A DNA stretch of 64,000 nt. Origin: Alphaproteobacteria bacterium. GTDB taxonomy: Bacteria > Pseudomonadota > Alphaproteobacteria > JAUHZY01. A program made the position numbers and the translations under genes. The notes under the pieces were generated by a model. That model was not told where the DNA came from. It saw only the letters and a list, made by a program, of their open reading frames with translations, and did no database searches. How positions within the stretch are numbered: the stretch's first letter is position 1; each line of letters opens with the position of its first letter. Below are positions 23,574-32,735 of the stretch, one piece after another. The DNA lies in NCBI GenBank assembly GCA_030425825.1, contig JAUHZY010000002.1, forward strand, positions 34,377 to 98,376, written 5' to 3'.

Positions 23574-24020
23574 ATGCGTCATAGAAGAGCACATAGAAAA
23601 TTAAATAGAACAAGTTCTCACCGTAAAGCGATGTTTATGAACATGGCTAATGCGCTTGTGAAGCATGAGCAAATTAAAACAACTTTGCCAAAAGCAAAAG
23701 AGCTTCGTCCTTACACAGAAAAGCTTGTAACAATTGCAAAGAAGGGTGATCTTGCGGCGCGTCGTCAGCTAATTTCAATTCTTCAAGACAATAAGATGGC
23801 TGAAAAGCTTATGGCTGTTCTGGCGCCACGCTATAAAGAGCGTAAAGGTGGCTATACACGCATTATTAAAGCAGGTTTTCGTCACGGCGATGCTGCACCA
23901 GTAGCATTTATCGAGTTTGTTGACCGTGATGTAGACGCAAAAGGCCAAGACTCTGGTCCTGTTCAAAACTTTGTTGAAGATGAAGTTGTTGAGCAAGAAG
24001 AAGCTGCGGCAACTGCATAA
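23574..24020 (+). CDS. rplQ: 50S ribosomal protein L17
   Basis: [20 protein letters not shown]. Confidence 0.99.
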   Translation: MRHRRAHRKLNRTSSHRKAMFMNMANALVKHEQIKTTLPKAKELRPYTEKLVTIAKKGDLAARRQLISILQDNKMAEKLMAVLAPRYKERKGGYTRIIKAGFRHGDAAPVAFIEFVDRDVDAKGQDSGPVQNFVEDEVVEQEEAAATA

Positions 24021-24035
24021 CAAGAGGCCTGGTAA

Positions 24036-24917
24036 GTGGCTAGGATAGGGTTTGTCACGACTGATAAAATCCTTCAACATGCCTGCTCTGATCAAAATTC
24101 TTATTTCACTTCTGATGACCAACTTGTGGTGAATGTTTTATCTGCCAGAGGACACTTAGTAGAACCTATTCTTTGGAAAGGTTTTGAACAATTCCACGAG
24201 TATGACCTGTTTGTTTTAAGGTCACCTTGGGATTATACGGAACATGCCTCCGACTTTTTTAATTGGTTAAAAAAAGCCTAAGCATCAGGTGCTCGCATCC
24301 AAAATAACTTTGATATTATCAGGTGGAATATAGATAAACATTATCTCTTTGATCTCAAAAAATTTGGAGTAGAGATAATTCCAACAAAAATCGTACATCA
24401 AAATGATTGTTTAGATTTAACATCGCACTGTCAGCAATGCAATTATGACGCCTTGGTAATTAAGCCAACTGTCGCTGCAGGAGCTTATGAAACTTATAAG
24501 GTAGATGCTCATAACATTGCCGAAATGCAGAAAAAAATAGATGTTCTTCTGACAAGGCATGACATGATTATTCAGCCCTTTTTCAAAGAGGTGTTGGACG
24601 GAGAGTGGTCATTAATATTTTTTGGAGATGAGTATTCCCATAGTGTCTTCAAAAAACCTAAAAAAGGTGACTATCGTGTCCAAGATGATCATGGTGGTAC
24701 GGTACACTTTAAAGACCCTGATGCGAAAATATTAGAAACTGCTTTAGGTGTCATACGTTACTTTGAAGTGCCTCCTCTTTATACGCGTGTTGATGGCCTC
24801 ATTAGAGAAGGTGTTTTTTATGTGATGGAGGTTGAAGCTTTCGAGCCAGAGCTTTTTTTGCGGGCACATCCTTATGCAGCTAAAAGATTTGCAGATAAGA
24901 TTGAGTCAATTCTTTAG
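24036..24917 (+). pseudogene. RimK/glutathione-synthetase-like ATP-grasp ligase interrupted by one in-frame TAA (24279-24281)
   Basis: ORFs 24036-24281 and 24453-24917 are in the same frame. The intervening codons read ASGARIQNNFDIIRWNIDKHYLFDLKKFGVEIIPT. RSPWDY, VIKP, GEWSL, DYRVQ..HGG, RVDG and MEVEAFEP motifs are all present. Confidence 0.8.
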
Positions 24918-26219
24918 ACTTTTTTGCCTTTTATCAACTTTCTTAGAATCAAACCCTTCAATTAATGCTTCAAACATTTGATGCCAATTTAGTTCTGCTT
25001 GCAGGCGCAAAAATGCTGAGCCTAAACCAACAGCAGCACGGTCAACAAAGACAAACTCTTGAGGAGGCTGTATACCACCATTTTTCTGGAGTTGTTTATA
25101 AGTTGCAAGGGCGACTTCTTTCCCATGTTCTGGGCCGCCATGTTCTTGTATTTTTCGCACACGATCTTCAAGTAAGGGGTCATAAACATAGCGTGCCCAG
25201 TTTTCCAGCGCGTCAATAAGGTCATTGTTTAGGTCTTTAAATCCCCATGTTTCATAAGCATGTACCATCATTTCCTTGTCATTTTTGAGCAAGGCCTTAT
25301 AAAGATCGATAATACCTTGAACAAAAGCGCCTGGAAATATACGTATGCACCCAAAATCCAATAGGTTTAATGTGTTGTCCTGACGTACAGTATAATTGCC
25401 AAGATGAGGATCTCCATGAATAACACCATAATGGTAAAGGGGCATATACCAGGCGTGAAAGAGCTTCTGAGCGAGATCATTGCGTTGCTCTAGTGAGGTA
25501 TCAAAAAAATCCTTGATTGAGCAGCCATCAAGCCACTGCATGGTTAGAAGTTTTGATGTTGAAAGCTTTTCTATCGCTTCAGGAATATAGATAAATTCTG
25601 TTTTCTTAAAGATCTTTTGGAAGAGCTTCATGTTGTCAAGCTCTTGCGTATAGTCAAGCTCTTCGCGTAGTCGTTCTGAAACTTCGGTGTAAATATTTTT
25701 TGTATTAATACCAGAACGGGTTTCGAAGATTTTAAAGAATAGTTTTAATTGTTTGAGATCTGCTTCAATAGCAGAAGACATATCTGGATATTGTAGTTTG
25801 CAAGCAAGCTTTTCTTTTGATGTTTCAGCGATGTGGACTTGCCCAAGAGAAGCTGCGAAAGAAGCATTTAGATTAAATGTTTGGAAGTTTTCTTGCCAGC
25901 CGTCTCCAAGCTCTCCACGCATACGGCGTTTTACAAAGAGTTTACCCATAGGGGGTGCATTAGACTGCAGCTCTGCAAGCTCTTTTTCATAAGCTTCAGG
26001 CAGAATGCCTGGAATTGTTGAAAGAATTTGTGCAATCTTCATCAATGGGCCGCGTAGATTACTAAGCATCTTTTTTATATCTTCTGCATGCATTTCTTCG
26101 TCGATTTTGATGCCAAGATACTTGCTTGCCAACAGTCTAAATGTTGTTGAGCTTGCGTTCTTTGTGACGCTTGCATAACGTTTTGCACGTTTTGAGAAGG
26201 TGTTTGTTTCTTCGGTCAC
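24906..26219 (-). CDS. AarF/ABC1/UbiB-family atypical kinase
   Basis: MKIAQ (KxGQ-like), AASLGQVH, KLQYP, HGDPHLGN, LLDFG. Confidence 0.93.
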   Translation of the reverse strand: MTEETNTFSKRAKRYASVTKNASSTTFRLLASKYLGIKIDEEMHAEDIKKMLSNLRGPLMKIAQILSTIPGILPEAYEKELAELQSNAPPMGKLFVKRRMRGELGDGWQENFQTFNLNASFAASLGQVHIAETSKEKLACKLQYPDMSSAIEADLKQLKLFFKIFETRSGINTKNIYTEVSERLREELDYTQELDNMKLFQKIFKKTEFIYIPEAIEKLSTSKLLTMQWLDGCSIKDFFDTSLEQRNDLAQKLFHAWYMPLYHYGVIHGDPHLGNYTVRQDNTLNLLDFGCIRIFPGAFVQGIIDLYKALLKNDKEMMVHAYETWGFKDLNNDLIDALENWARYVYDPLLEDRVRKIQEHGGPEHGKEVALATYKQLQKNGGIQPPQEFVFVDRAAVGLGSAFLRLQAELNWHQMFEALIEGFDSKKVDKRQKSLKN

Positions 26220-26225
26220 TATTTT

Positions 26226-27209
26226 CTACTTTAAAAAACGTTTTTTAATTTCTGCAGCAATTTCTTGAGATGCATCAGGCGCCTTGTAGGACCATAGATC
26301 GAAGTTATCATCTTTCAAAGGTCTTGCTACAGACTTTTCATATAATGATGAATGTAAACGTTGATGTGATTTCGAACAACTCCCTTGTGGAGCATATATG
26401 AAAATAGGTTTGCCTGTCATGGAGGCTTCTGAAATCATCGAGACAGAATCACCTGTGATAACAAACATATCTGCAAAGGCTAACAGTCCCATATACGGGT
26501 TTTCATGGGCATCTTGATTCCAGAGATGTGCATAGTGAGGAATATCTGTTTTTTCTAAGAATGACTTGATAAGACGGGTTGATTGATTATTTGTGCGTCG
26601 GCTAGAGGTAACAAGCAGAGAAGCATTATGTTGTTTTGCCAGTTTTTCAGTGAGAGTCAGCAGGTCAGATATTTGGTTTTGGGTAAAGTCATTTGATTTG
26701 TTTTTTCCGCCGATTAATATCACCAAGCGAGGAGAGGGAAGAAAATCTAAAGACTCTTTCCATTCAGAACGTGCAAGTTTTAGAAGTTTTTTAGACACCT
26801 TGTGTGGTGCTGTTAATGTTTCAATAATATTGCCTTGCTGCGTGGCATTGTCATGCTGGGGGACGGCGACAAGATCAAATTTTTTAGCAAGGCCACCTGG
26901 ATGCATAATTTGCACAAGCTTAGGGGCTTTCTTGCCTGCATGAATTGCTTTCTTCTTAACGCTTAAGGCGACAGGTGCTGTTCGTCTGCCTGCGCCAATG
27001 ATAATGTCGGGGTAAGGTGGAAGCAAAGCTTCTTGTGCATCTTTTTCGATACCCATATCTGATGTGTTGAGAATAAAATTAGGAAGGGAGCCCAATCTAT
27101 TATAGGAGATTTTTTTTATTTCGAAGGGTATTCCCAAAGCTTCCGCGACCCCAACAACTTGAGTCACATTACCAGGTCGATGATCTGCCAGAACCCATGC
27201 TTTGGCCAT
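26226..27209 (-). CDS. ELM1/GtrOC1-family protein (putative nucleoside-diphosphate-sugar-related enzyme)
   Basis: D.RPGN..Q..G, PQHD, LIGG, TSSRRT, NPY.G.L, VITGDSVSMISEA. Confidence 0.88.
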   Translation of the reverse strand: MAKAWVLADHRPGNVTQVVGVAEALGIPFEIKKISYNRLGSLPNFILNTSDMGIEKDAQEALLPPYPDIIIGAGRRTAPVALSVKKKAIHAGKKAPKLVQIMHPGGLAKKFDLVAVPQHDNATQQGNIIETLTAPHKVSKKLLKLARSEWKESLDFLPSPRLVILIGGKNKSNDFTQNQISDLLTLTEKLAKQHNASLLVTSSRRTNNQSTRLIKSFLEKTDIPHYAHLWNQDAHENPYMGLLAFADMFVITGDSVSMISEASMTGKPIFIYAPQGSCSKSHQRLHSSLYEKSVARPLKDDNFDLWSYKAPDASQEIAAEIKKRFLK

Positions 27210-27210
27210 C

Positions 27211-27681
27211 TTATATTTCTGTATTCAATGTATAGCTTTGAGACCCTAATGCGCCAGGAGCTTGGTTTTGTGCATCAGAATATGTTGCACCTTTCGCAGT
27301 TTCACGTCGAATTGCTGTAATAATGGTATTCGCAACTCTTTCACTTGTTTTCTTTGTGATGTCCAGCAGCCTTGCATTCTCTTTAACCAGTTCGGCAAAT
27401 TCTTTTGATGCTATTTTTAGTTTTTCTTTTGACTCAGGTGCTATATTTCTAAAAAAGTCAGGGTTTTCACGTAAGAACTCAATATGTCCTTCGTAAATAC
27501 GCGAAAGACCAGTTTTCTTTTGTTGAATCAGTGCAATTTCTTCTGCTAGCCCTTCAGGCCTTGCGTTTAAAAGGTCTATTTCTTCGCTTAAAACATCACT
27601 GAGTTGATCAGTTATGCGTAAAAGCTCGTTTAAACGCACGCTTTGGGGGGTAGACTTTTCAGTATTTTGTACATGTTCCAT
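27211..27681 (-). CDS. FlgN-like flagellar export chaperone
   Basis: All-helical 156-aa protein (L..VL.EE..LL, K..L...YE, EN.RLL) directly after flgI-flgJ, the usual alphaproteobacterial position. Confidence 0.6.
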   Translation of the reverse strand: MEHVQNTEKSTPQSVRLNELLRITDQLSDVLSEEIDLLNARPEGLAEEIALIQQKKTGLSRIYEGHIEFLRENPDFFRNIAPESKEKLKIASKEFAELVKENARLLDITKKTSERVANTIITAIRRETAKGATYSDAQNQAPGALGSQSYTLNTEI

Positions 27682-27989
27682 TAAATTACCTCCTGATATC
27701 TTCTAAGGGATTGTTCAATTTGATCGCTTAAAGGGGATGTTTTTGAAAGACTAACAGCATATTCTTGCGTAGCCATAGACCTAAAAATATCTTGGCCATT
27801 AGAGTTGCCATAAAAACTATCTTCATTCACACTTTCAAACATTTTCTCAACCATCTGAGAGAGAAAAACAGCAGCAAATCCTTCAGAAGCCTCGCGAATT
27901 TTTGAAGCAGATGATTGTATTTTAGGTAGTGCTGCTTTGGGTTGGGTTGCTTGCTGTAGATGAAAGTTTGCACCAGAAATATCGTTCAT
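27681..27989 (-). CDS. flgJ: Short rod-binding FlgJ (no muramidase domain)
   Basis: A..F.AVFL.QM...MF, D.F.SM...EYA; 1-nt overlap with flgI. Confidence 0.8.
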   Translation of the reverse strand: MNDISGANFHLQQATQPKAALPKIQSSASKIREASEGFAAVFLSQMVEKMFESVNEDSFYGNSNGQDIFRSMATQEYAVSLSKTSPLSDQIEQSLRRYQEVI

Positions 27990-29053
27990 TACATCACCTC
28001 AATATCTGCTTGTAATGCGCCAGCTGCACGAATGCCTTGTAAAATTGAGATCAAATCTCTTGGCGAGATCCCCAAGGCATTTAATCCTTCTACAAGCTCA
28101 CTTAGGTTTACGCCTGTTTCAAGGATAGATATTTTCTTTTCAGGCCCTGCAGGCGCTGCGATTTCTTCTGGTTGTGGCGCTGCTTCGTTGACGGGTTGTT
28201 CGTTTCCTTTAACATTGACGGTTAGGTTTCCATGGGCAATAGCAACTTCGTCAATGCGGACAGCTTGCCCCATAACAACCATCCCTGTTTGGTCATCCAC
28301 TAAGACCCTGGCGGCTTGATCAGGCTGAACAGTGAGTTGCTCTACCATTGTTATAAAGCTAACAGGATTAGAATGGAACATATAGGGCAGTGTAAGTTCC
28401 ACAGTTCCTGGGTCAATAGATCTTGCCGTATCAATCCCAGTGGATGAGTTTATGACATCAGCCATGCGCTTTGATGTCGTGAAATCAGGGTTTTTGAGTG
28501 CTAGCTTAATAGACTTTAAGTTTGAAAAGTCAAAGGCAATTTCTTTTTCAATCAGTGCGCCATTAGAAATACGTGCAGCTGTTGGTACGGCCTTACCTTC
28601 ACCTTCTATTCCTTCAACTTTCAGGGATCCTTGTGCAATCGCGTAAACTTCCCCATCTGCGCCTAAAAGAGGCGTTACAAGCAATGTTCCGCCTTGTAAT
28701 GATCCAGCATCTCCAATTGTTGAAACGGTAACGTCTATTTTAGACCCCTGTCGTGAAAAGGCAGGAAGCGTTGCTGTTACAACCACGGCAGCGACATTTT
28801 TTGTTTTCAAGGTGTCATCTCTTGCGTTGACGCCAAGTCTATCTAGCATGCCAATCAGGCTTTCGCGCGTGAAAATAGATTTTGTGAGAGAGTCTCCACT
28901 ACCATTCAAACCAACAACAAGCCCATAACCGATGAGCATATTGTCTCGAACACCTTCTATATCAGCGATATCTTTGATCCGTGAAGAAGCATGAGTGTCT
29001 GCAGAAAATAAAATAAAGAGCAAGGAAAAAGAAAGGGTAAAAAAGGACTTCAT
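27989..29053 (-). CDS. flgI: Flagellar P-ring protein
   Basis: Signal peptide, RIKDI, N.LIGYGLVVGLNGSGD, SLQGGTLL.TPL, ILQ.I..AGALQA. Confidence 0.97.
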   Translation of the reverse strand: MKSFFTLSFSLLFILFSADTHASSRIKDIADIEGVRDNMLIGYGLVVGLNGSGDSLTKSIFTRESLIGMLDRLGVNARDDTLKTKNVAAVVVTATLPAFSRQGSKIDVTVSTIGDAGSLQGGTLLVTPLLGADGEVYAIAQGSLKVEGIEGEGKAVPTAARISNGALIEKEIAFDFSNLKSIKLALKNPDFTTSKRMADVINSSTGIDTARSIDPGTVELTLPYMFHSNPVSFITMVEQLTVQPDQAARVLVDDQTGMVVMGQAVRIDEVAIAHGNLTVNVKGNEQPVNEAAPQPEEIAAPAGPEKKISILETGVNLSELVEGLNALGISPRDLISILQGIRAAGALQADIEVM

Positions 29054-29092
29054 GAAAGGACACTCCAGTATTTGAAAAACGTCCTAAGAATA

Positions 29093-29108
29093 TGCATGAA
29101 GTATGCCA
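29093..29108 (-). promoter_or_regulatory. sigma54 (-24/-12) promoter of the flgI operon
   Basis: Minus strand TGGCATACTTCATGCA (GG-N10-GC), about 40 nt upstream of the flgI ATG. Confidence 0.75.
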
Positions 29109-29247
29109 ATATTCATAATTCTGGCATTATTGAAGAAATAAATTTAAAAACCCTCATTATCAACGCACCCTAGGCGGCGATCAATCTTATATAAGGAAGA
29201 GGTGGAGAAATATTCTTCATGTGAGGTTAAAATGTGACAGTTATTTT

Positions 29248-29682
29248 TTATGTGCACCAGCTTTGTCTTTTGCCGCCATTATATTTTTGTGCAAGGCCAC
29301 TTTTTATCATGACCTCAGAAACGTCGCTGGGGCCAACATGCGCATTTGCAATAATACGATTGCCGTATTTACCAAAGCTAATATTCGTCAGGACCAAGGA
29401 TTGTCCTTTTGTTAGCTTTTCCATTGTTTCTTTTGCCCGTTCAGCCAAGTCAATTTCACTTTGGCACTTTCCTTTGATTTCAGGTGTGTCAATATTTCTA
29501 AGGCGAACGCGTGTCACAACATCTTGCCCAAGCCAAACTTTTATCTTTGCCTCAAACGTATCGCCATCAATAACTTGTTTGACTGTCGCAATATAAGGAC
29601 CAGGGAGATATTCTTTTGCAAAGGCCATTTTTGCAAGAAGTACGAAAAAGGTTATTGTAATGATGATTTTAAAAGTCTTCAT
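29248..29682 (-). CDS. Secreted thermonuclease (SNase-like) family protein
   Basis: Signal peptide MKTFKII...AFA; VIDGDT, RVRLRNIDTPE, KYGNR; start ATG 29682 after AGGGA. Confidence 0.9.
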   Translation of the reverse strand: MKTFKIIITITFFVLLAKMAFAKEYLPGPYIATVKQVIDGDTFEAKIKVWLGQDVVTRVRLRNIDTPEIKGKCQSEIDLAERAKETMEKLTKGQSLVLTNISFGKYGNRIIANAHVGPSDVSEVMIKSGLAQKYNGGKRQSWCT

Positions 29683-29751
29683 ATAAAAATCCCTATACGT
29701 GTGTTGTTTTTCAATTATACACGCATAGAGTGCCATTATCAACCCTGCAAC

Positions 29752-30417
29752 TTAAAGTTTAATTTTATTCAGGAAATTAGATGCAGCATCTTGTTCAGCT
29801 TGCTTCTTTGAACGCCCTTTTCCTTTTGCAGGGGGGTAGTGCTCGATATTTACCTGAACGCAGAAAGTAGGTTCATGGTCTGGGCCAGATGTTTCTATTA
29901 ATTGGTATTCTGGTAAAGGCATAGAGTGAGACTGAACCCATTCTTGTAGAGTTGTTTTTGGATCGCTTGGAGGTGGAGATTGATTGCTTTCCAGGCATAG
30001 ATCTTTCCAATGCTCAAGAATAAATGAGGCCGCTGTTTTGATGTCACTATCAAGATAAATAGCGCCAATAATGCTTTCAATCATATCAGAGAAGTAAGAG
30101 TTGTAGCGTGCTTGTATATCTTCTTTCTTAATAGTCAAAATTTGAGGAAGTTCTATTTTTTCAGCAATTTTTACAAGCGCGTCTTGGCAAACAAGTGCAG
30201 CATGTCGTTTGGCGATATCACCTTCATTCTCGGCTTGAAAAGTGTTTAAAAGGTGTTCAGCAATAACGAGCCCCAAAACACGATCCCCAAGAAACTCTAA
30301 TCTTTCAAAACTTTTAAGAAGATTATCACCTTTGAGGGAAATGATAGCGTGCTTGAGAAGTGTTTTATTAACAAAATTGTAACCAATTTTCTTTTCAATT
30401 TCTGGGAAGTTGGCCAT
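29752..30417 (-). CDS. rnc: Ribonuclease III
   Basis: ERLEFLGD signature, D..ES.IGAIYLD, C-terminal dsRBD (DPKT.LQEW...G.SKK.AEQ.AA). Confidence 0.97.
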   Translation of the reverse strand: MANFPEIEKKIGYNFVNKTLLKHAIISLKGDNLLKSFERLEFLGDRVLGLVIAEHLLNTFQAENEGDIAKRHAALVCQDALVKIAEKIELPQILTIKKEDIQARYNSYFSDMIESIIGAIYLDSDIKTAASFILEHWKDLCLESNQSPPPSDPKTTLQEWVQSHSMPLPEYQLIETSGPDHEPTFCVQVNIEHYPPAKGKGRSKKQAEQDAASNFLNKIKL

Positions 30418-30427
30418 GATTTCCTTA

Positions 30428-31168
30428 TTAGTTAATCAGTTTCAAAAGTCTATATCCGCGAATGGAAGATGGAATATTTAAAGGGTTCCACCAGCTAACG
30501 TTGTTGTCAACAGAGAAGAAGATGATTTCTGCGCGTCCAATGAGGTTTTTGAAGGGCACGAAACCAACATGGCCTGATTCTGCACGGCTGTCTAAAGAGT
30601 TATCTCTATTGTCGCCCATAGCAAAGAAATGCCCTTCTGGCACAACAAAAATAGGTGTATTATCTAGGGGCCCGCGATCGGAGAATTCCATAATTTTGTG
30701 GCTTTCAGTATCGTCGGGGAAAGTTTCTAAATAAATAGAATATGACCCCCCAGAAATGATGCGTCTTTCAATTGCTTTATCATTGATATAAAGGATGCCT
30801 TTTTTAACTTGCACTTTATCGCCTGGAAGCCCGATGACACGCTTGATATAGTCAATTTTGTCGTCAGAAGGAAGCCTGAAAACAACAACATCACCACGTT
30901 TCGGTGTTGATCCAAAAAGCCTATCAGACAAGATATTAGGACTAAAAGGGAAAGAGTAGTTGCTATAACCGTACGAGAATTTAGAAACAAACAGATAGTC
31001 ACCAACAAGAAGTGAAGGCTCCATAGAACCTGATGGAATGTGAAAGGGCTCATAAAAGAACGTTCTAACCGTTAATGCAACAAGTGCAGCAATAAAAAGG
31101 GTCTTGATGTGGTCCATGAGAGATTCTGTTTTCTTCTCAGGTACTTTATCTGTTTTTTCTTCTGACAT
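30428..31168 (-). CDS. lepB: Signal peptidase I
   Basis: IPSGSM.P.L, DYIKRVIG, MGDNRDNSLDSR; probable start MSEEK at 31168. Confidence 0.97.
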   Translation of the reverse strand: MSEEKTDKVPEKKTESLMDHIKTLFIAALVALTVRTFFYEPFHIPSGSMEPSLLVGDYLFVSKFSYGYSNYSFPFSPNILSDRLFGSTPKRGDVVVFRLPSDDKIDYIKRVIGLPGDKVQVKKGILYINDKAIERRIISGGSYSIYLETFPDDTESHKIMEFSDRGPLDNTPIFVVPEGHFFAMGDNRDNSLDSRAESGHVGFVPFKNLIGRAEIIFFSVDNNVSWWNPLNIPSSIRGYRLLKLIN

Positions 31169-31169
31169 T

Positions 31170-31562
31170 TTATTGACCATGAATAATTGAAAAGGCTTGG
31201 GCGAAAGGGTACTCGTCTGTGATGGATATTTCAATTACAACTTCACTTTTGTTTGGGAAAAGCTCTTTAACAGAGGCGTGTGCTTTATCACTTAACAGGA
31301 TGATGGGTTTGCCCATTTTATCATGTGTCGTTGTGATGTCGAGAAAGCTGAAATATACACCGATCCCTGTTCCAAAAGCTTTTGATACAGCCTCTTTTGC
31401 TGCAAATTGTTTTGCATAACTTAAAAAAGAGTTCTCTTTTTTTGAGGAATATTTTTGTTCTTCATGGCTAAAGAGGCGATTAATGAACTTTGTGCCAAAC
31501 TGATTAATTGATTTTTCAAGTCGACGGCTGTCTACTAAATCTGTTCCAATCCCTAAAATCAC
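31170..31562 (-). CDS. acpS: Holo-[acyl-carrier-protein] synthase
   Basis: ILGIGTDLV, FAAKEAVSKAFGTG, ISITDE. Confidence 0.95.
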   Translation of the reverse strand: MILGIGTDLVDSRRLEKSINQFGTKFINRLFSHEEQKYSSKKENSFLSYAKQFAAKEAVSKAFGTGIGVYFSFLDITTTHDKMGKPIILLSDKAHASVKELFPNKSEVVIEISITDEYPFAQAFSIIHGQ

Positions 31563-31634
31563 GATGATAATACTTTCTAGACAATTTTCAAATAAGCGAT
31601 ATATTAGCGTCTTTAATGTTTAAGGAAAAGAAAA

Positions 31635-32735
31635 ATGGGATTTAAATGTGGAATTGTTGGCCTTCCGAATGTTGGTAAGTCAACTTTGTTTAACGCATTA
31701 ACATCAACGGCAACAGCCGAGGCTGCAAACTATCCGTTTTGTACGATTGAGCCGAATGTAGGGCGTGTTGCTGTTCCTGACGATCGTCTGAACAAGATTG
31801 TTGCAATTTCTAAGTCCGCCCAGGTTATCCCTACACAGCTTGAGTTTGTTGATATTGCTGGTTTGGTTAAGGGCGCCTCGAAAGGCGAGGGGCTTGGCAA
31901 CCAGTTTCTGGCTAATATTCGTGAAGTTGACGCGATTGTTCACGTTTTGAGATGCTTTGAAGACGGTAATATTACGCATGTTGAAGGTTCAGTAGACCCC
32001 ATACGTGATGCCGAAATCGTTGAAACAGAGCTTTTGATTGCAGATATGGAAAGCCTTGAAAAACAAAAACAACGCGTCGAAAAGCGCGCCAAAACAGGCG
32101 ATAAAGAATCGAAAGAAATTTTAAGTGTTGTTGAGAAGGTTCTACCAGTTTTACAGGATGGCCTTCCTGCCAGGACCGTTGAGCTAGAAGAAGAAGAGGA
32201 AAAGATTTGTGCATCGCTTTGCTTGATGACAAAAAAACCTATTCTTTATGTTTGTAATGTTGAAGAAGAAAATGCTGCTAATGGAAACTCTTTTAGTGAG
32301 AAGGTCAGTGAAAAAGCATCTTCAGAAAATGCAAAATCTGTTATTATCTCTGCATCGATAGAAGCAGAAGTATCAAGTCTTGAGTCGCAAGAAGAAAAAC
32401 TAGAGTTTTTGAAAGATTTAGGCCTTAGTGAAACCGGTCTTAGTCGCGTTATTCGTGCTGGCTATGAACTTTTAGGGTTGATTACTTTTTTCACAGTTGG
32501 TCCAAAAGAAGCGCGCGCATGGACTGTGCGCGAAAAGTCTACGGCGCCACAAGCCGCAGGTGTTATCCACACTGACTTTGAGCGTGGTTTTATTTGTGCT
32601 GATACCATGGCATATGATGATTTTATTTCTTGTGGTGGTGAGCAAGCAGCAAAAGAGCAGGGTAAACTGCGTCAAGAAGGGCGTGGATATATAGCAAAAG
32701 ATGGTGACATTTTTCACTTTAAATTTAACGTTTAA
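31635..32735 (+). CDS. ychF: Ribosome-associated ATPase YchF
   Basis: GIVGLPNVGKSTLFN, NYPFCTIEPN, DIAGLV.GAS.GEGLGN, IHTDFERGFI. Confidence 0.98.
   Translation: MGFKCGIVGLPNVGKSTLFNALTSTATAEAANYPFCTIEPNVGRVAVPDDRLNKIVAISKSAQVIPTQLEFVDIAGLVKGASKGEGLGNQFLANIREVDAIVHVLRCFEDGNITHVEGSVDPIRDAEIVETELLIADMESLEKQKQRVEKRAKTGDKESKEILSVVEKVLPVLQDGLPARTVELEEEEEKICASLCLMTKKPILYVCNVEEENAANGNSFSEKVSEKASSENAKSVIISASIEAEVSSLESQEEKLEFLKDLGLSETGLSRVIRAGYELLGLITFFTVGPKEARAWTVREKSTAPQAAGVIHTDFERGFICADTMAYDDFISCGGEQAAKEQGKLRQEGRGYIAKDGDIFHFKFNV

Noticed and set aside
24279-24281. Possible stop-codon reassignment or selenocysteine/pyrrolysine readthrough
   Set aside because: The codon is TAA, which terminates most conserved genes in this window; Sec and Pyl use TGA and TAG
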